DNA of 61,427 bases from an uncultured Methanosarcinales archaeon (lineage in GTDB: Archaea > Nanobdellota > Nanobdellia > Woesearchaeales > SM23-78), in contig CAYGYA010000065.1 of the NCBI GenBank assembly GCA_964354085.1, positions 1 through 61,427 of the forward strand, in the 5' to 3' direction. Both the position numbers and the translations under genes were made by a program. How positions within the stretch are numbered: position 1 is the stretch's first letter; each line of letters opens with the position of its first letter. Below the pieces are notes generated by a model that had not been told where the DNA came from, did no database searches, and was given only the letters and a program-made list of their open reading frames with translations. Shown here one piece after another: positions 46,372 through 57,158 of this stretch.

Positions 46372-47529
46372 TTACCTGCCAGATAAATATGCTTGCACTT
46401 CTTCAACCTTATCGCACACATACTGAATATCATCTTCGCTCATGCCTGTGTAAAATGGTAATGCAATGGTTAACTTTGCAACTTGCTCGCACACAGGTAG
46501 GTCTCCTGGCTTAAAGCCGTATTTCTCCTTGTAAAACTCCATCAAATGGATTGGGTTGAAATAATCAGAGCAGGCAACGCCTCTCTTTTTAAGTTCTTCC
46601 ATAAACTTATCCCTGTCAACGCCCTTTGAAGCATCAATCTGTATAACATAAACAAACCATGAAACCTTTAAGTCTTTTGTCGAGTCAAAAGGCACTTTTA
46701 TCCCTTTTATCTTGCTCAACCTTTTAGCGTACTCTGCAGCAACATTAGCTCTCATCTTCAGAATCTTATCAATCTTCTGCAGCTGGCTGATTCCTAAGGC
46801 ACAGTTTATGTCGCTAAGGCGATAATTATAGCCAAGCCTCACATGGTCGTGCCATTTCTCATCAGTCCCTCTGCCTTGATTACGATAGCTCTTGCAAAGC
46901 TCATAAATATCTTTTCTATTGGTCACTAGTACTCCGCCTTCGCCAGTTGTTATCTGCTTATTTGGATAAAAGGCAAAGATTGCGCAGTCGCCAAAAGTCC
47001 CGACTTTTTTTCCTTTGTAAGATGCTCCAAGCGCTTCTGCTGAATCCTCAATAACCTTGAGATTATGTTTTTTTGCAATTTTCAGGATTGCTTCCTTGTC
47101 AGAAGGCCTTCCAAAAACATCAACAGGAATAATAGCCTTGGTCTTGCTGGTTATCTTCTTCTCAATTTTCTTGGGGTCGATGTTAAAGGTTTCTGACTCG
47201 ATATCAATAAAAACAGGAGTTGCTCCTTCAAAGAGCACGCAATTGGCAGATGCCACAAAGCTGAAAGAAGTGACAATAACCTCGTCACCAGGGCCGATGC
47301 CAAGGGCTTTAACTGCTATATGAAGAGCGCTCGTGCCAGAGTTAACAGCAACAGCATATTTTGTCCCAATGTGTTTTGCAAACTTCTCCTCGAACTCAGT
47401 CAGCTTTGGACCAAGACTCAGCCATCTTGTCTTGAGCACATCAACAACTGCCTTGATGTCATCTTTCTCGATGAAAGGGCTTGAGAGAGGGATTTCTTTC
47501 TTGTCAGTTATCTTTTCCTTATTTGCCAT
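46372..47529 (-). CDS. DegT/DnrJ/EryC1-family PLP sugar aminotransferase (LegC/PseC/PglE-like)
   Basis: Family-typical length and motifs (AVNSGTSALHIA...; SFYPNKQITTGEGG with the PLP lysine). Confidence 0.85.
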   Translation of the reverse strand: MANKEKITDKKEIPLSSPFIEKDDIKAVVDVLKTRWLSLGPKLTEFEEKFAKHIGTKYAVAVNSGTSALHIAVKALGIGPGDEVIVTSFSFVASANCVLFEGATPVFIDIESETFNIDPKKIEKKITSKTKAIIPVDVFGRPSDKEAILKIAKKHNLKVIEDSAEALGASYKGKKVGTFGDCAIFAFYPNKQITTGEGGVLVTNRKDIYELCKSYRNQGRGTDEKWHDHVRLGYNYRLSDINCALGISQLQKIDKILKMRANVAAEYAKRLSKIKGIKVPFDSTKDLKVSWFVYVIQIDASKGVDRDKFMEELKKRGVACSDYFNPIHLMEFYKEKYGFKPGDLPVCEQVAKLTIALPFYTGMSEDDIQYVCDKVEEVQAYLSGR

Positions 47530-47929
47530 CTTGCTTTATCTCCTTAACAACTTTTGCAGGAATGCCTAGTGCAATAACATTATCAGGGATGTCCTTGTTC
47601 ACAAAACTAAAAGCTCCAACAATTGAATTCTTGCCAATTGTTACTCCGGGCATCACAACACTATGAGAGCCAAGGCAAGCATTTTCCTTTATCACTACCT
47701 TGCCGTTCTTGTTATCAATAGTGCTCAGGCTGTATATGGAGCAATGGCTTGCTATCTGGACATTGTCACCTATTTCAACTCCACAGCTAGCATTTATGTA
47801 AGTGAAAGCGCCAATATCAGTATTCTTTCCGAGCTTAAGCCCTTTAACTCCCTGAACCATCCAGTTCCATTTAGTTAGTTTTCCCTCCTTAATCACAGGA
47901 GGTTTCCAGTTTGAAAATCTATCAGCCAT
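47519..47929 (-). CDS. Hexapeptide-repeat (LbH) sugar N-acetyltransferase
   Basis: Repeating [LIV]G.. hexapeptide pattern (IGDNVQIASHCSIY..., LGSHSVVMPGVTIGKNSIVGAFSFV). 11-nt overlap with the aminotransferase gene. Confidence 0.75.
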   Translation of the reverse strand: MADRFSNWKPPVIKEGKLTKWNWMVQGVKGLKLGKNTDIGAFTYINASCGVEIGDNVQIASHCSIYSLSTIDNKNGKVVIKENACLGSHSVVMPGVTIGKNSIVGAFSFVNKDIPDNVIALGIPAKVVKEIKQDGK

Positions 47930-47945
47930 AATAACACCTCATTTC

Positions 47946-49115
47946 TTAGTATGTGATTCTTTTTTGTAAGATTTTATCATTTATCTTGATTTCAGCAAGT
48001 AGCTTTGCAATTCTTTGGGCTGATTTCCCATCACCATAAGGATTTTTGCATTTATTAAGAGCAGACCTGAACTTCTTGTCATCAAGAGCTTTTTTTATTG
48101 CGGTTAATATTTTTTTTCTGTCATAATCAGCATCAATTACATTGCATGTTCTCTGCCTTCCGCTCTGCCTTGTGCCAATATTAACTACAGGAAGCTTGAA
48201 GCTCGCAGCCTCGATTATGCCTGCGCTTGAATTGCCAATCATCACAGATGCATGTTTCATTAAGCCCAGGAATTCATCGCGCTTCAGGCTCTTGAATATG
48301 CTCATTGATGGATTATTCCTGTATTGCTCAATTACTTCAATCATGGCTCTTCCGCCAGCATCAGCATTAGGATAAATAATAACTGCCTGCAAGCCAGCAG
48401 AAAGCACTGCTTCAATTGTTTCCTTTATCTGTTTTTTAACCTCGCCAATTTCTGCGCTTACAGGATGCTGGGTAACAATTGCAAAACTATCAGCCAGTTT
48501 AATGCCGAGCCTTTTTTCTAATTCATATTTTTTTATTGAGACTTTTATTATATCATCAATCCCAGGTGCTCCAACAACACGAATATTCTTCTTTTCCTCA
48601 CCCATCCTTATTATTCTCTCTGCGCTTTCCTTGGTAGATGCAAGATGGATGTGGCTAAGCTTGGTTATAGCGTGCCTTGCAACCTCATCCACAGTTGAGC
48701 TAACTTCTCCACCATGAACATGCACAATACATATCCCAAGATAAGTGCCAACAACTGCACCAGCAAGCATCTCCCCTCTGTCACCAACCACTAAAAGCAT
48801 GTTTGGCTTCAATTCCTTGAGAACTCTTGTAAGCTCGACAATGAATTGTCCTACAAACTCTGCCATTGAAGTCCTCTCATCATTCTGGTAAGTAGCATTT
48901 AATTGCACTACTTCAAAACCTTGTTCTTTTCCATCTTTTTTTATACTATTGATTGTCATTCCAAACTCAGCTAGCAAGTGCATTCCTGCACCAATAACTG
49001 TAAGCTTTAACCCAGGATGTTTTGCTATCTCAACAAGGGTATTTTTCATAAGCCCATAATCAGCCCTGCTCCCACTTACATACACCATGTGCTTCCTAAC
49101 TTGATTCTTATCCAT
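47946..49115 (-). CDS. UDP-N-acetylglucosamine 2-epimerase, hydrolysing type (NeuC/LegG-like)
   Basis: N-terminus VYVSGSRADYGLM and HVHGGE motif, as in the NeuC family. Confidence 0.8.
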   Translation of the reverse strand: MDKNQVRKHMVYVSGSRADYGLMKNTLVEIAKHPGLKLTVIGAGMHLLAEFGMTINSIKKDGKEQGFEVVQLNATYQNDERTSMAEFVGQFIVELTRVLKELKPNMLLVVGDRGEMLAGAVVGTYLGICIVHVHGGEVSSTVDEVARHAITKLSHIHLASTKESAERIIRMGEEKKNIRVVGAPGIDDIIKVSIKKYELEKRLGIKLADSFAIVTQHPVSAEIGEVKKQIKETIEAVLSAGLQAVIIYPNADAGGRAMIEVIEQYRNNPSMSIFKSLKRDEFLGLMKHASVMIGNSSAGIIEAASFKLPVVNIGTRQSGRQRTCNVIDADYDRKKILTAIKKALDDKKFRSALNKCKNPYGDGKSAQRIAKLLAEIKINDKILQKRITY

Positions 49116-49122
49116 TATTTTT

Positions 49123-50235
49123 TTACCTCAAATATGACCAGCTTAACAGACTGTCTTTTGCAATATCTTTCTTAGTTGTCTTTCCAATAATGTTGTAATA
49201 TTCTCTTGGGTGAAGCCCATTGCCAGGCCTCTTAATAGTCAGCATTTCTTCTGTGATTACACTGCCTTTCTTTATGTCCTGTGCTGCAACAACACTCTTT
49301 CTTGCTACTTTCATGGTTGCGTATTCTGAAGGCATAGGTCTCTTTATTCCATCGCCCATTATCTCTTTGGGAACCTTAAGCGCATTCAAAATCTCATCAA
49401 TGCTCTTATTTTTCTCAAGCATTTTTTCAACGAGCCTGACTTCCTTGACAAGAGCTGCTGCTTCATCAGGTTCAAGAGATGCCTTGTGGTCAGGTCCTTC
49501 CATTTTCTTGTCTAATGTAAGATGTTTCTCAACTAAGCAAGCTCCCATTGCAACAGCAGCCACAGAAACAATAATTCCTTCTGTGTGGTCTGAGTAGCCA
49601 ATAGGAAGCTTGAATTCATTGTACATGGTTATCATTGATTTAAGATTAACCTCATTAAGAGGGGTGGGATAATTAGAAGTGCAGTGCAGGAGCACAAGCT
49701 GGTCATTGTAAGGTTTTATAGTATCAACAGCTTCCCTTACCTCTTCGAGAGTTCCCATGCCAGTTGATAATAATACTGGCAGGTTCTTATGAGCAATATA
49801 CTTCAGCAGAGGAATGTTTATCAAATCGCCACTGGCAACTTTTATTGCAGGGCAGAGCTTAGCAATAAGGTCAACATCTTCGTTGCATGAGTGCGGTGTT
49901 GAGAGGAAGGTTATGCCTTTCTTGTCGCAATATTTCTTCAGCTCCTCAAAATCATTATAGGTTAGCTCCAGGCGCTTCAACATGTCATACTGGGATTCTT
50001 TCTTGCCAATATTCTTTGTCTGGTATTCTGCCTGTTCTGCATCAGGAGTCACTATTTTCTCTGACTTGAAAGTCTGGAACTTGACAGCATCAACTCCTGC
50101 CTTCTTTGCAGCATCAACCAGCTTCTTTGCAAGCTTCATGCTTCCGTTATGATTAACTCCTGCATCTAGGATTATGTAGCAAGGATAGCCTTTCCCAATT
50201 ATCTTGTTTTCTATTATGATAATTTTACTTTTCAT
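49123..50235 (-). CDS. Nonulosonic acid synthase (NeuB/LegI family) with C-terminal SAF domain
   Basis: DAGVNHNGSMKLAKKLVDAAKKAGVDAVKFQTF. C-terminal SAF-like segment AAQDIKKGSVITEEMLTIKRPG. Confidence 0.85.
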   Translation of the reverse strand: MKSKIIIIENKIIGKGYPCYIILDAGVNHNGSMKLAKKLVDAAKKAGVDAVKFQTFKSEKIVTPDAEQAEYQTKNIGKKESQYDMLKRLELTYNDFEELKKYCDKKGITFLSTPHSCNEDVDLIAKLCPAIKVASGDLINIPLLKYIAHKNLPVLLSTGMGTLEEVREAVDTIKPYNDQLVLLHCTSNYPTPLNEVNLKSMITMYNEFKLPIGYSDHTEGIIVSVAAVAMGACLVEKHLTLDKKMEGPDHKASLEPDEAAALVKEVRLVEKMLEKNKSIDEILNALKVPKEIMGDGIKRPMPSEYATMKVARKSVVAAQDIKKGSVITEEMLTIKRPGNGLHPREYYNIIGKTTKKDIAKDSLLSWSYLR

Positions 50236-51038
50236 TTTTTCTCACCTTTTGAAAAGGATAGATAATATCCTTTTCTCCTGTCCTTGAGTGCTGTGAACTT
50301 AGTTCTCCATTCAGCCACTTCATCTGTGTTGATATCTCCAAAAACTATCTGCTCTTTGTCATCAGCTTTTGATATAACTTCTCCTTTTGGTGATATGATC
50401 ATTGAGCTCCCGAAGAAAGATAGCTCAGGGGAGTTACCGCATCGATTGATTCCTATGACATAGGACTGGTTCTCAATAGCCCTTGCCTTGAGCAAAGTCA
50501 CCCAGTGCTCTTTTCTTGGATTAGGCCAGTTAGCTGGAATAACAAATAAATTAGCTCCCATGTCAACTGCTATCCTGAATATTTCAGGGAACCTCAGATC
50601 ATAGCATATAAATGACGCAATGTTAAAGTCGCCAATCTTGAAAACATTGATTCCATCACCATTTGAGTAGGACTTATGCTCATTGCCAAATGTAAACACA
50701 TGATTCTTGTTGTACTTGCCGAGCATTTTACCCTCTGGGTTAAAAATTACAGCTGTGTTCAGAGGAAGTTTTCCAGGGTTTTCTTCTATAAATGTTCCTA
50801 GCAAAAAGATTTTGTTGGTTTTTGCCTGCTCTGAGAGGAACTTACAGGTTTTGCCATCAAGCTTCTCTGCAAACTTAGAAGCATTCATGGTTACTCCAGT
50901 TGAGAACAGCTCTGGCAAGCAAACCAGCTCTGCTCCTTTTTTCTTGGCTTCGCTGATAAGCTTTTTTACCTTTGCATAATTAGCTTTCTGGCTCTCCCAT
51001 TCAATATCTAACTGTATAAGCGCAATCTTCATCTTCAA
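50232..51038 (-). CDS. Carbon-nitrogen hydrolase (nitrilase-superfamily amidohydrolase)
   Basis: Glu (LPELF), Lys (YNKNHVF) and Cys (ICYDLRFPE) triad motifs. 4-nt overlap with the neuB-like gene. Confidence 0.8.
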   Translation of the reverse strand: MKMKIALIQLDIEWESQKANYAKVKKLISEAKKKGAELVCLPELFSTGVTMNASKFAEKLDGKTCKFLSEQAKTNKIFLLGTFIEENPGKLPLNTAVIFNPEGKMLGKYNKNHVFTFGNEHKSYSNGDGINVFKIGDFNIASFICYDLRFPEIFRIAVDMGANLFVIPANWPNPRKEHWVTLLKARAIENQSYVIGINRCGNSPELSFFGSSMIISPKGEVISKADDKEQIVFGDINTDEVAEWRTKFTALKDRRKGYYLSFSKGEKK

Positions 51039-51114
51039 CTCCTTGTGAACCAGATATATTAAAGTGATTTGTGAATGTTGCTTCTATAAATATTCAATTC
51101 CAGTCTTATAATCC

Positions 51115-52431
51115 TTAATTATACTTCCTGAATACTGGCTTTATAGGCCTGCTTTCCAGATATTTGTCAATCCCCTTGTTCAGAGCTTTTTTGTAAACTT
51201 TGAGTGCCTTTCTTATTGCTTTAAGGGTGTAGGCAAGTTCCTTTTCCTTGTGAGCATAGCAATTAGTCACCCATGGCATTATTATCTTGTTCTTTATCAT
51301 CTCCTGTGAAAACAGAGTCCTGAATTCCAATGAAGGATTGCCATCTTTGTCCTTGGTCACAAAATTAATCCTGCCAGGAAAGCCTTCAAAATAGAATTTG
51401 TCAGCTATACCTAACTCATTAGATATTGCATTCACTCCATCCATTAGCTTCTGGTTATAGTCCCAGAGATGCTTGAGCACATCATGCTCCTTGAAAAAGT
51501 CAATGGTTGCCATCATTGCACCAAGGCCTGACATTGAAGCGCCAAATGTTGTTGATATCAAAAATACTCTTTCCTGGTTGTGCCTAATGCCTCCAATTTC
51601 CATGACTTCTCTCTTTCCTAGCAATGCATCCACTGCAAAGCCATTTGCAATGCCCTTGCCAATGGTCACCATATCAGGCATGAAATCATACATTGGATAG
51701 ACTGCATAGCCTACCCTAAAGGTGCAGGATACTTCATCTGAGATAAGAAGAGCGCTGTTCTCGTGCGTCAGCTTTTCAACTTGCTTCATGAATCCTGGCT
51801 TTGGCTGGACATGGGTGGTAGGCTCGATCATGACGCAAGCTATCTGGTCCTTGTTCTCATCAAAAAGCTTTTTTAGCGAATCAATATCATTGAACTTGAA
51901 ATTCACAGTAAGCTTGCTTATCTCTTCAGGAACTCCCCTGTTAATCACAGTATCTCCGATAAACCAGTCATCATAGGAAAAGAAAGGGTGTTCAATACAT
52001 CTTGCGATCAGCTTTCTTCCAGTATAAGCCCTTGCAAGCTTGGTGGCTGCAGTCGTTACTGTTGAGCCATTGGTCGCGAACTTCACCATGTCCATTCCTG
52101 GGAACAGAGGCAAGAGCTTTTCTGCAGCAAGGAGTTCTGTCATCGATGCTTTGCTCATGTTGTTGCCTTTCTTTATCTCTTCAATGGCTGCATCGCAAAT
52201 CTCCTTCTGCCCGTAGCCGATGGTGATGGATCTAAGCCCCATGCCATAATCAAGATATTTTTTGCCGTCTGCATCCCATACATATGCGCCTTTGCCCCTA
52301 ACAATAACTGCAGGAGCATTGTCAGCAAACTGGTCATCTCCCCTGCTGTAAGTGTGCGCCCCGCCAGGAATGAGAGAGTTTATTCTGTCCTTGAGCTCTT
52401 TTTGATATATTGGGAATGTTGCTTCACTCAT
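51115..52431 (-). CDS. Class III PLP aminotransferase (glutamate-1-semialdehyde aminomutase-like)
   Basis: IPGGAHTYSRG..., family-typical length, and LISDEV. Confidence 0.7.
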   Translation of the reverse strand: MSEATFPIYQKELKDRINSLIPGGAHTYSRGDDQFADNAPAVIVRGKGAYVWDADGKKYLDYGMGLRSITIGYGQKEICDAAIEEIKKGNNMSKASMTELLAAEKLLPLFPGMDMVKFATNGSTVTTAATKLARAYTGRKLIARCIEHPFFSYDDWFIGDTVINRGVPEEISKLTVNFKFNDIDSLKKLFDENKDQIACVMIEPTTHVQPKPGFMKQVEKLTHENSALLISDEVSCTFRVGYAVYPMYDFMPDMVTIGKGIANGFAVDALLGKREVMEIGGIRHNQERVFLISTTFGASMSGLGAMMATIDFFKEHDVLKHLWDYNQKLMDGVNAISNELGIADKFYFEGFPGRINFVTKDKDGNPSLEFRTLFSQEMIKNKIIMPWVTNCYAHKEKELAYTLKAIRKALKVYKKALNKGIDKYLESRPIKPVFRKYN

Positions 52432-52433
52432 TT

Positions 52434-53267
52434 TTATTCCTCCTTGTGCTTCTCTCGGTTTTCGAAAACATTAATGGTGTAATCTTTAAATTCTTTGTTA
52501 AAGTTCCAGAGTGTGTGCGGAAAATTCAAGCCGCTAGTTCTTAAGAACACTTTGGCTTTGGTGAGGCTGAAACCGATGAAGTGGAATATGTTGGCTGCAG
52601 AAACAGCAGAAGCATGACCTTCCCTGATTCCATTCACTAAGTGCTCAAACTCTCCAACTCCTCCTGATGCAATAATCGGGATGTTCACGATTTCAGAGGC
52701 TTTTTTCACAAGAGCTAAGTCATAGCCTTGGCATTTGCCATCCTCGTCAATTGATGTCAGGAATATCTCGCCAGCTCCAAGGTTTTCAAGCTGCTTAAGC
52801 CATTCAAAGGCATTCATGCCAGTGTTCTTTGAGCCGTTACATATCCAGACTTCGTAACTTCCTTTTTTATTTTTTTTAACATCAACTGAAGCGACAACGC
52901 ACTGGCTTCCAAAAACTCTGGCTGCTTCTGTGACAAGCTCTGGATTCTCATAGGCTGCTGCGTTTATGATTACCTTGTCAGCTCCTGAATTCAAAAGTTT
53001 GTGGAAGTCATCTATGCTCTTTACGCCTCCTCCTGCAGCTATGGGCACAAAGCATCTTGTGGCAACATCAGCCACTCCTGCGCAGAACTCATCTATGTTT
53101 TTTTCTCCCCTCTCAACATTAAGTATGACTATCTCGTCAATTGAGTTGAAATCAAGGTACTGCTCAATAGTCTCTATGTTTCCAACAGGATTTAATTCAA
53201 AGTTCCTACTGTTCATGAATATGCCTTTATTCAGCAAGAGACATAAGATTAATCTTCTTTTAATCAT
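52434..53267 (-). CDS. HisF-like cyclase subunit (WbuZ-type, glycan-associated)
   Basis: (beta/alpha)8 HisF pattern (ADKVIINAAA..., IIASGGVG). Overlaps the HisH-like gene by 4 nt. Confidence 0.75.
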   Translation of the reverse strand: MIKRRLILCLLLNKGIFMNSRNFELNPVGNIETIEQYLDFNSIDEIVILNVERGEKNIDEFCAGVADVATRCFVPIAAGGGVKSIDDFHKLLNSGADKVIINAAAYENPELVTEAARVFGSQCVVASVDVKKNKKGSYEVWICNGSKNTGMNAFEWLKQLENLGAGEIFLTSIDEDGKCQGYDLALVKKASEIVNIPIIASGGVGEFEHLVNGIREGHASAVSAANIFHFIGFSLTKAKVFLRTSGLNFPHTLWNFNKEFKDYTINVFENREKHKEE

Positions 53268-53911
53268 TTTTTAGTCATCTCGATAAAGTTTTGCAATAGC
53301 TTCAAGCCATTCAGCTGGCTTTTTTCAGGGTGGAACTGCACTCCAAAGATGTTATCCTGCTCAATGCTTGCAGTGTAATTATCACCATACTCGAACTCAG
53401 AGGTCACTTTTTTCTTGTCTTTGCACTTTATGTAATAGCTGTGCACAAAATAAAAGTCAAGCTCCTTGACATCCTTGAAAAGGATGCTGGGATTTGCTAG
53501 TGAGACATCATTCCAGCCGATGTGAGGCACTTTAAGTTTTCTGTCAGATGGCTCTATACGCACAACTTCTGCGTCAATCCAGCCAAGCCCTTCGAATTCC
53601 CCTCCTTCATAGCTCTTTTTTGCAAAGAGCTGGGCTCCAAGGCATATCCCTAGGATCGGCTTTTTTTTCCCAAGCACTTCTTTGTTGAGCAATTCAATTA
53701 GATTTAGTTTTTTTAAGTTGTACATGCCAACTGAAAAAGCGCCTACTCCTGGAAGGATTAGCCTGTCAGCATTTTCAATATCGTTTTCTTTGTTGGATAT
53801 TACTGGAGAATAGCCTAGATGGGCTAGGGCATTAAACACTGAGCGCACATTTCCCATGTGATAATCAATGATTACAATTTTTGGCTTCTTGCTCTGAGTT
53901 TTTTGTTCCAT
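53264..53911 (-). CDS. HisH-like glutamine amidotransferase subunit (WbuY-type)
   Basis: IVIIDYHMGNVRSV, nucleophile GICLGAQLF, and FHPEKS. Confidence 0.8.
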   Translation of the reverse strand: MEQKTQSKKPKIVIIDYHMGNVRSVFNALAHLGYSPVISNKENDIENADRLILPGVGAFSVGMYNLKKLNLIELLNKEVLGKKKPILGICLGAQLFAKKSYEGGEFEGLGWIDAEVVRIEPSDRKLKVPHIGWNDVSLANPSILFKDVKELDFYFVHSYYIKCKDKKKVTSEFEYGDNYTASIEQDNIFGVQFHPEKSQLNGLKLLQNFIEMTKK

Positions 53912-53939
53912 TTTTTTCTTTCTTCAGGCTCCAAATCTT

Positions 53940-55241
53940 TCACATTTCATGAATGGCACGATCAAATGTGTTTGTAATCCTGTGAGCCTCTGTATTCTTT
54001 GGTCGTGGCATAGGAATTTGAAGAATTCTTTCTTCGCCATGCACAGTCTTTATCATTCTCCATTTGCCAGCACTGATTTTTTCCCACACGATGACCTTGT
54101 CAGGGATTTTATCTTCTGGAGTTCCGGCATCAATTGCTGCCTGCCTTTCTTTCTCCAGGTTTTCATTGTCTGCAACAAATTTCTTTATAGCTTCCCAGAA
54201 CTCATCCTCTGTCATGTCAAGCACTTTAAGAGCCATGTCAAAGCTGCTCCAGGGGAATTCACCATCGTAAAGCCTGGTCAGCTCAACAGCCTTGTCCCGC
54301 TTGAGCTTGCCTTCTCTTAAATCAATAGAAGCATATTTGTTGGCGCGTGTGAAACCAAACTTTGGGTACATCAGCCAGAAATAAATATCGTCAATCCAGT
54401 CATCTATTCCCTGGCTATGGGTGTAAGCTCCATAGGTCCTTTCCTTTGAAAGTTTGAAACCACCGAGCACGTTAAGTGCAAAGTGAACATGCTGGTTATT
54501 GTTCCAGGGAACATATTCTGAAAGGTTAATCCTGTCTACTGTTCCTTGAACTTTTGGCTCAAGATAGGGCCTTAGCTCTGCTATGGTAAAACCATAGTCA
54601 ACCCATTCATCAGGCGTCTTGAAAAAAAGCCTGTCACTCCTTATTCTCTTATCTATACCTTCCTTTGAGTTGAGGTCATTCCACTTTTCCTTGGTAGAGC
54701 CTCCGTGCTCTGTCTCTCCGTTCTCACCCATGAACACAATAGGGATCTTCTTTTGCTCAGCAAGCCTGGCAATGCCAGACCAGACTCCATAGAACCATGG
54801 CTTGAATGGGTCTCCGTGCAACAAAGTATTAATCTTTGTAAGCTTTGCATAAACATGGATGTTAGCATTCATTGATATGTGGTCAACTCCAATCTTCTCA
54901 AGCATGTTCCTTAGGTTATGAACTCCTGTTGGTGTTGGCATGAGAGGAGTAAATGTCACTGCAAGGACATTTAGGCCTAGCTTGTTTTTTAGATACCATG
55001 CCTGAAATGTGCTGTCCTTGCCTCCACTGACTCCTAGAATACAGTCATACTCCCTGTCAGGCATTCGTTCAAGGTTCCATTTTATCCTTTCCCTGAGCTC
55101 ATTCTCTCTTTCATTCCAGTCAGCTATCTTTTTGTAACTTTCTGCGTGCTTGCAGGCATTGCAAACACCTTCTTCATCAAACTCTATCCTTGGCCTTGAA
55201 TTAGGCGTTACGCAGGATGTACAGTATGTTATGGTTCGCAT
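53940..55241 (-). CDS. N-acetyl sugar amidotransferase (PP-loop; WbuX/PseA-like)
   Basis: N-terminal Zn-ribbon CTSCVTPNSRPRIEFDEEGVCNAC and PP-loop GVSGGKDS. Confidence 0.8.
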   Translation of the reverse strand: MRTITYCTSCVTPNSRPRIEFDEEGVCNACKHAESYKKIADWNERENELRERIKWNLERMPDREYDCILGVSGGKDSTFQAWYLKNKLGLNVLAVTFTPLMPTPTGVHNLRNMLEKIGVDHISMNANIHVYAKLTKINTLLHGDPFKPWFYGVWSGIARLAEQKKIPIVFMGENGETEHGGSTKEKWNDLNSKEGIDKRIRSDRLFFKTPDEWVDYGFTIAELRPYLEPKVQGTVDRINLSEYVPWNNNQHVHFALNVLGGFKLSKERTYGAYTHSQGIDDWIDDIYFWLMYPKFGFTRANKYASIDLREGKLKRDKAVELTRLYDGEFPWSSFDMALKVLDMTEDEFWEAIKKFVADNENLEKERQAAIDAGTPEDKIPDKVIVWEKISAGKWRMIKTVHGEERILQIPMPRPKNTEAHRITNTFDRAIHEM

Positions 55242-55316
55242 ATTCTTCTTCCTCTCACATCATTTTTTATATCAAATAGATTTGCTTATGATTGCTTATC
55301 TATGACTAGCATTTAG

Positions 55317-56318
55317 TTATTTTATGATTATATGCCTGCCTTCTTTTGCGCTTTTCTCACATGCCTCAAGCAAGCCCAGAATCTTTTTATCGTCTTCAAG
55401 TGTGTACATGTACTTCTCTTTGCCTGCAATGGCATTAAGGAAGTGCTTGATCTCCTCGATGTACATGCCTTCCTTTGTTACATAGCCTTTTTCCTTGAAG
55501 CCCTGCTCTTCCTTTAGCTCGGTCCATTTCTTTGTTTTTGCATCATAAACCTTGACAGTATCGCTCATCCAGTCCCATTCAATAGTGCCTTCCTCGCCTA
55601 TTATTCTCATGATCCGTGTCGGTGTCCTGGATATTACTTCGACAAGATAATTGCCAATGATTTTGTTCTTGAACTCTAGGATTAGCTGATAAACATCATC
55701 AATATCAGCCTTTAGGCTTGACATCTTGCCCTTGATGCAGGATATTCTTTTTATGTCCCCAAAAATCCAGGTAATCCATTCAAGCTCAAATGGAACCATC
55801 TCTCTTGTTGCAGCAGTATCTTTTTGGCCTGCGTAGAATTCAGTGATGTCTTCCCATGGATGCCAGTCAGGTAAATACTGCCCTAGATGGTAAGTGAGAG
55901 AGACTATTTTGCCAATCCTGTTCTTATCAACCAGTTTCTTGATTATCTTTACTGAGCCATTAAACCTGAAGGTGCAAGAAGGCGCTGCCACAATTTTGTT
56001 TTTTTTGCAGAGCTTGATAAGCTCTTCAAGTTTTTCTGTGAAGACTCCTGCTTCGCAGAAGAAATGCTTGCTGTTTTTTGCTGCAAGAAGCTCGTATTCC
56101 ATGTGATGATTAGGGGGAGTGGAAATTATTAGGGTGCCAGGGTTTTGCTTCATTGCCTCATCAATGTTGCCAAAAGTCTTGATGCCATATTTTTCTTCTG
56201 CTTCCTTTCTCCTGTCCTCTCGCATATCAAATCCTATAATATCTTTCTCCTTTAGGTACTGAAGATTCCTTATTCTCCTCTTGCCCATTGAACCTAATCC
56301 AACAACTAAGAATTTCAT
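55317..56318 (-). CDS. Gfo/Idh/MocA-family NAD(P)-dependent oxidoreductase
   Basis: MKFLVVGLGSMGKRRIRNL Rossmann N-terminus. Family-typical size. Confidence 0.7.
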   Translation of the reverse strand: MKFLVVGLGSMGKRRIRNLQYLKEKDIIGFDMREDRRKEAEEKYGIKTFGNIDEAMKQNPGTLIISTPPNHHMEYELLAAKNSKHFFCEAGVFTEKLEELIKLCKKNKIVAAPSCTFRFNGSVKIIKKLVDKNRIGKIVSLTYHLGQYLPDWHPWEDITEFYAGQKDTAATREMVPFELEWITWIFGDIKRISCIKGKMSSLKADIDDVYQLILEFKNKIIGNYLVEVISRTPTRIMRIIGEEGTIEWDWMSDTVKVYDAKTKKWTELKEEQGFKEKGYVTKEGMYIEEIKHFLNAIAGKEKYMYTLEDDKKILGLLEACEKSAKEGRHIIIK

Positions 56319-57125
56319 TTAGCACCTCTCTTTATGCTTTTCTGAACCTTTTTTCATATCTTTCTTAACTTTTTCTTGCTTTGCTTTTATGTTTTGCTCA
56401 TACACGTGGTGCATGTGCTCATTTATTTTCCTTATCTCGGGCTTCTTTTTGAGCAGGTTAACAATGTCTGCTAGTGAGAATGTATTTTTATCTCCCAGTT
56501 CATCAAAAACTCTTTTAAAGAAATTGAAGTCTTCCATATAGTCAAGGCTCATCCTGAAGTCAGGATAGTTCACATCAGGGCTTGCTTTTATAACAGCTTT
56601 CTTGAAAGCATCATTCTTATAGAAATAATCGCCCCACACTTCTGTGTCTGATTCTTTTTTTTTCTCGCAAACCTGTTGAAGAGCACTTAAGGTCATGCCA
56701 TGAGATGCTGCTCCGAAAGGCAAGCCTTGGCATGAAATAAAATCAGCTCCAGTCTCCTTGTATTTTTCTATAATCTTATCCATATACCCTGGATCACAGA
56801 ACAAATCATCGCCATCAACTATCACCATGAAATCAATTGAGAACTTCTTGGCTGCGCCAAGGTATCGCTCAAGCTTATCATCCTCGCTACCCTGGAAGAA
56901 GTTAATCTTGTTCTTCTTTGCAATCTCTACAAGGCAGTCATCATCATGATTCGTGGAGGTGCAGAGCACTATCATATCAGCTAATCTTGAAAGCTTAAGC
57001 CTGTCAATCAGGTGCTCAATCGTGGTCCTGCCTTTTATCTTAAGGAATGACTTGCCTGGCAACCTTGTTGACTTGTTCCTCACTGTTAAAAAAATTGCTG
57101 ATTTCATCTTTATTTTATTCCTCAA
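56319..57125 (-). CDS. Cytidylyltransferase (CMP-nonulosonate synthetase / SpsF-like)
   Basis: AIFLTVRNKSTRLPGKSF nucleotidyl-transferase N-terminus. The stop abuts the next gene start. Confidence 0.65.
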   Translation of the reverse strand: MRNKIKMKSAIFLTVRNKSTRLPGKSFLKIKGRTTIEHLIDRLKLSRLADMIVLCTSTNHDDDCLVEIAKKNKINFFQGSEDDKLERYLGAAKKFSIDFMVIVDGDDLFCDPGYMDKIIEKYKETGADFISCQGLPFGAASHGMTLSALQQVCEKKKESDTEVWGDYFYKNDAFKKAVIKASPDVNYPDFRMSLDYMEDFNFFKRVFDELGDKNTFSLADIVNLLKKKPEIRKINEHMHHVYEQNIKAKQEKVKKDMKKGSEKHKERC

Positions 57126-57158
57126 TGATTTTTATCCTGTTGCTAAATTAATTAAATG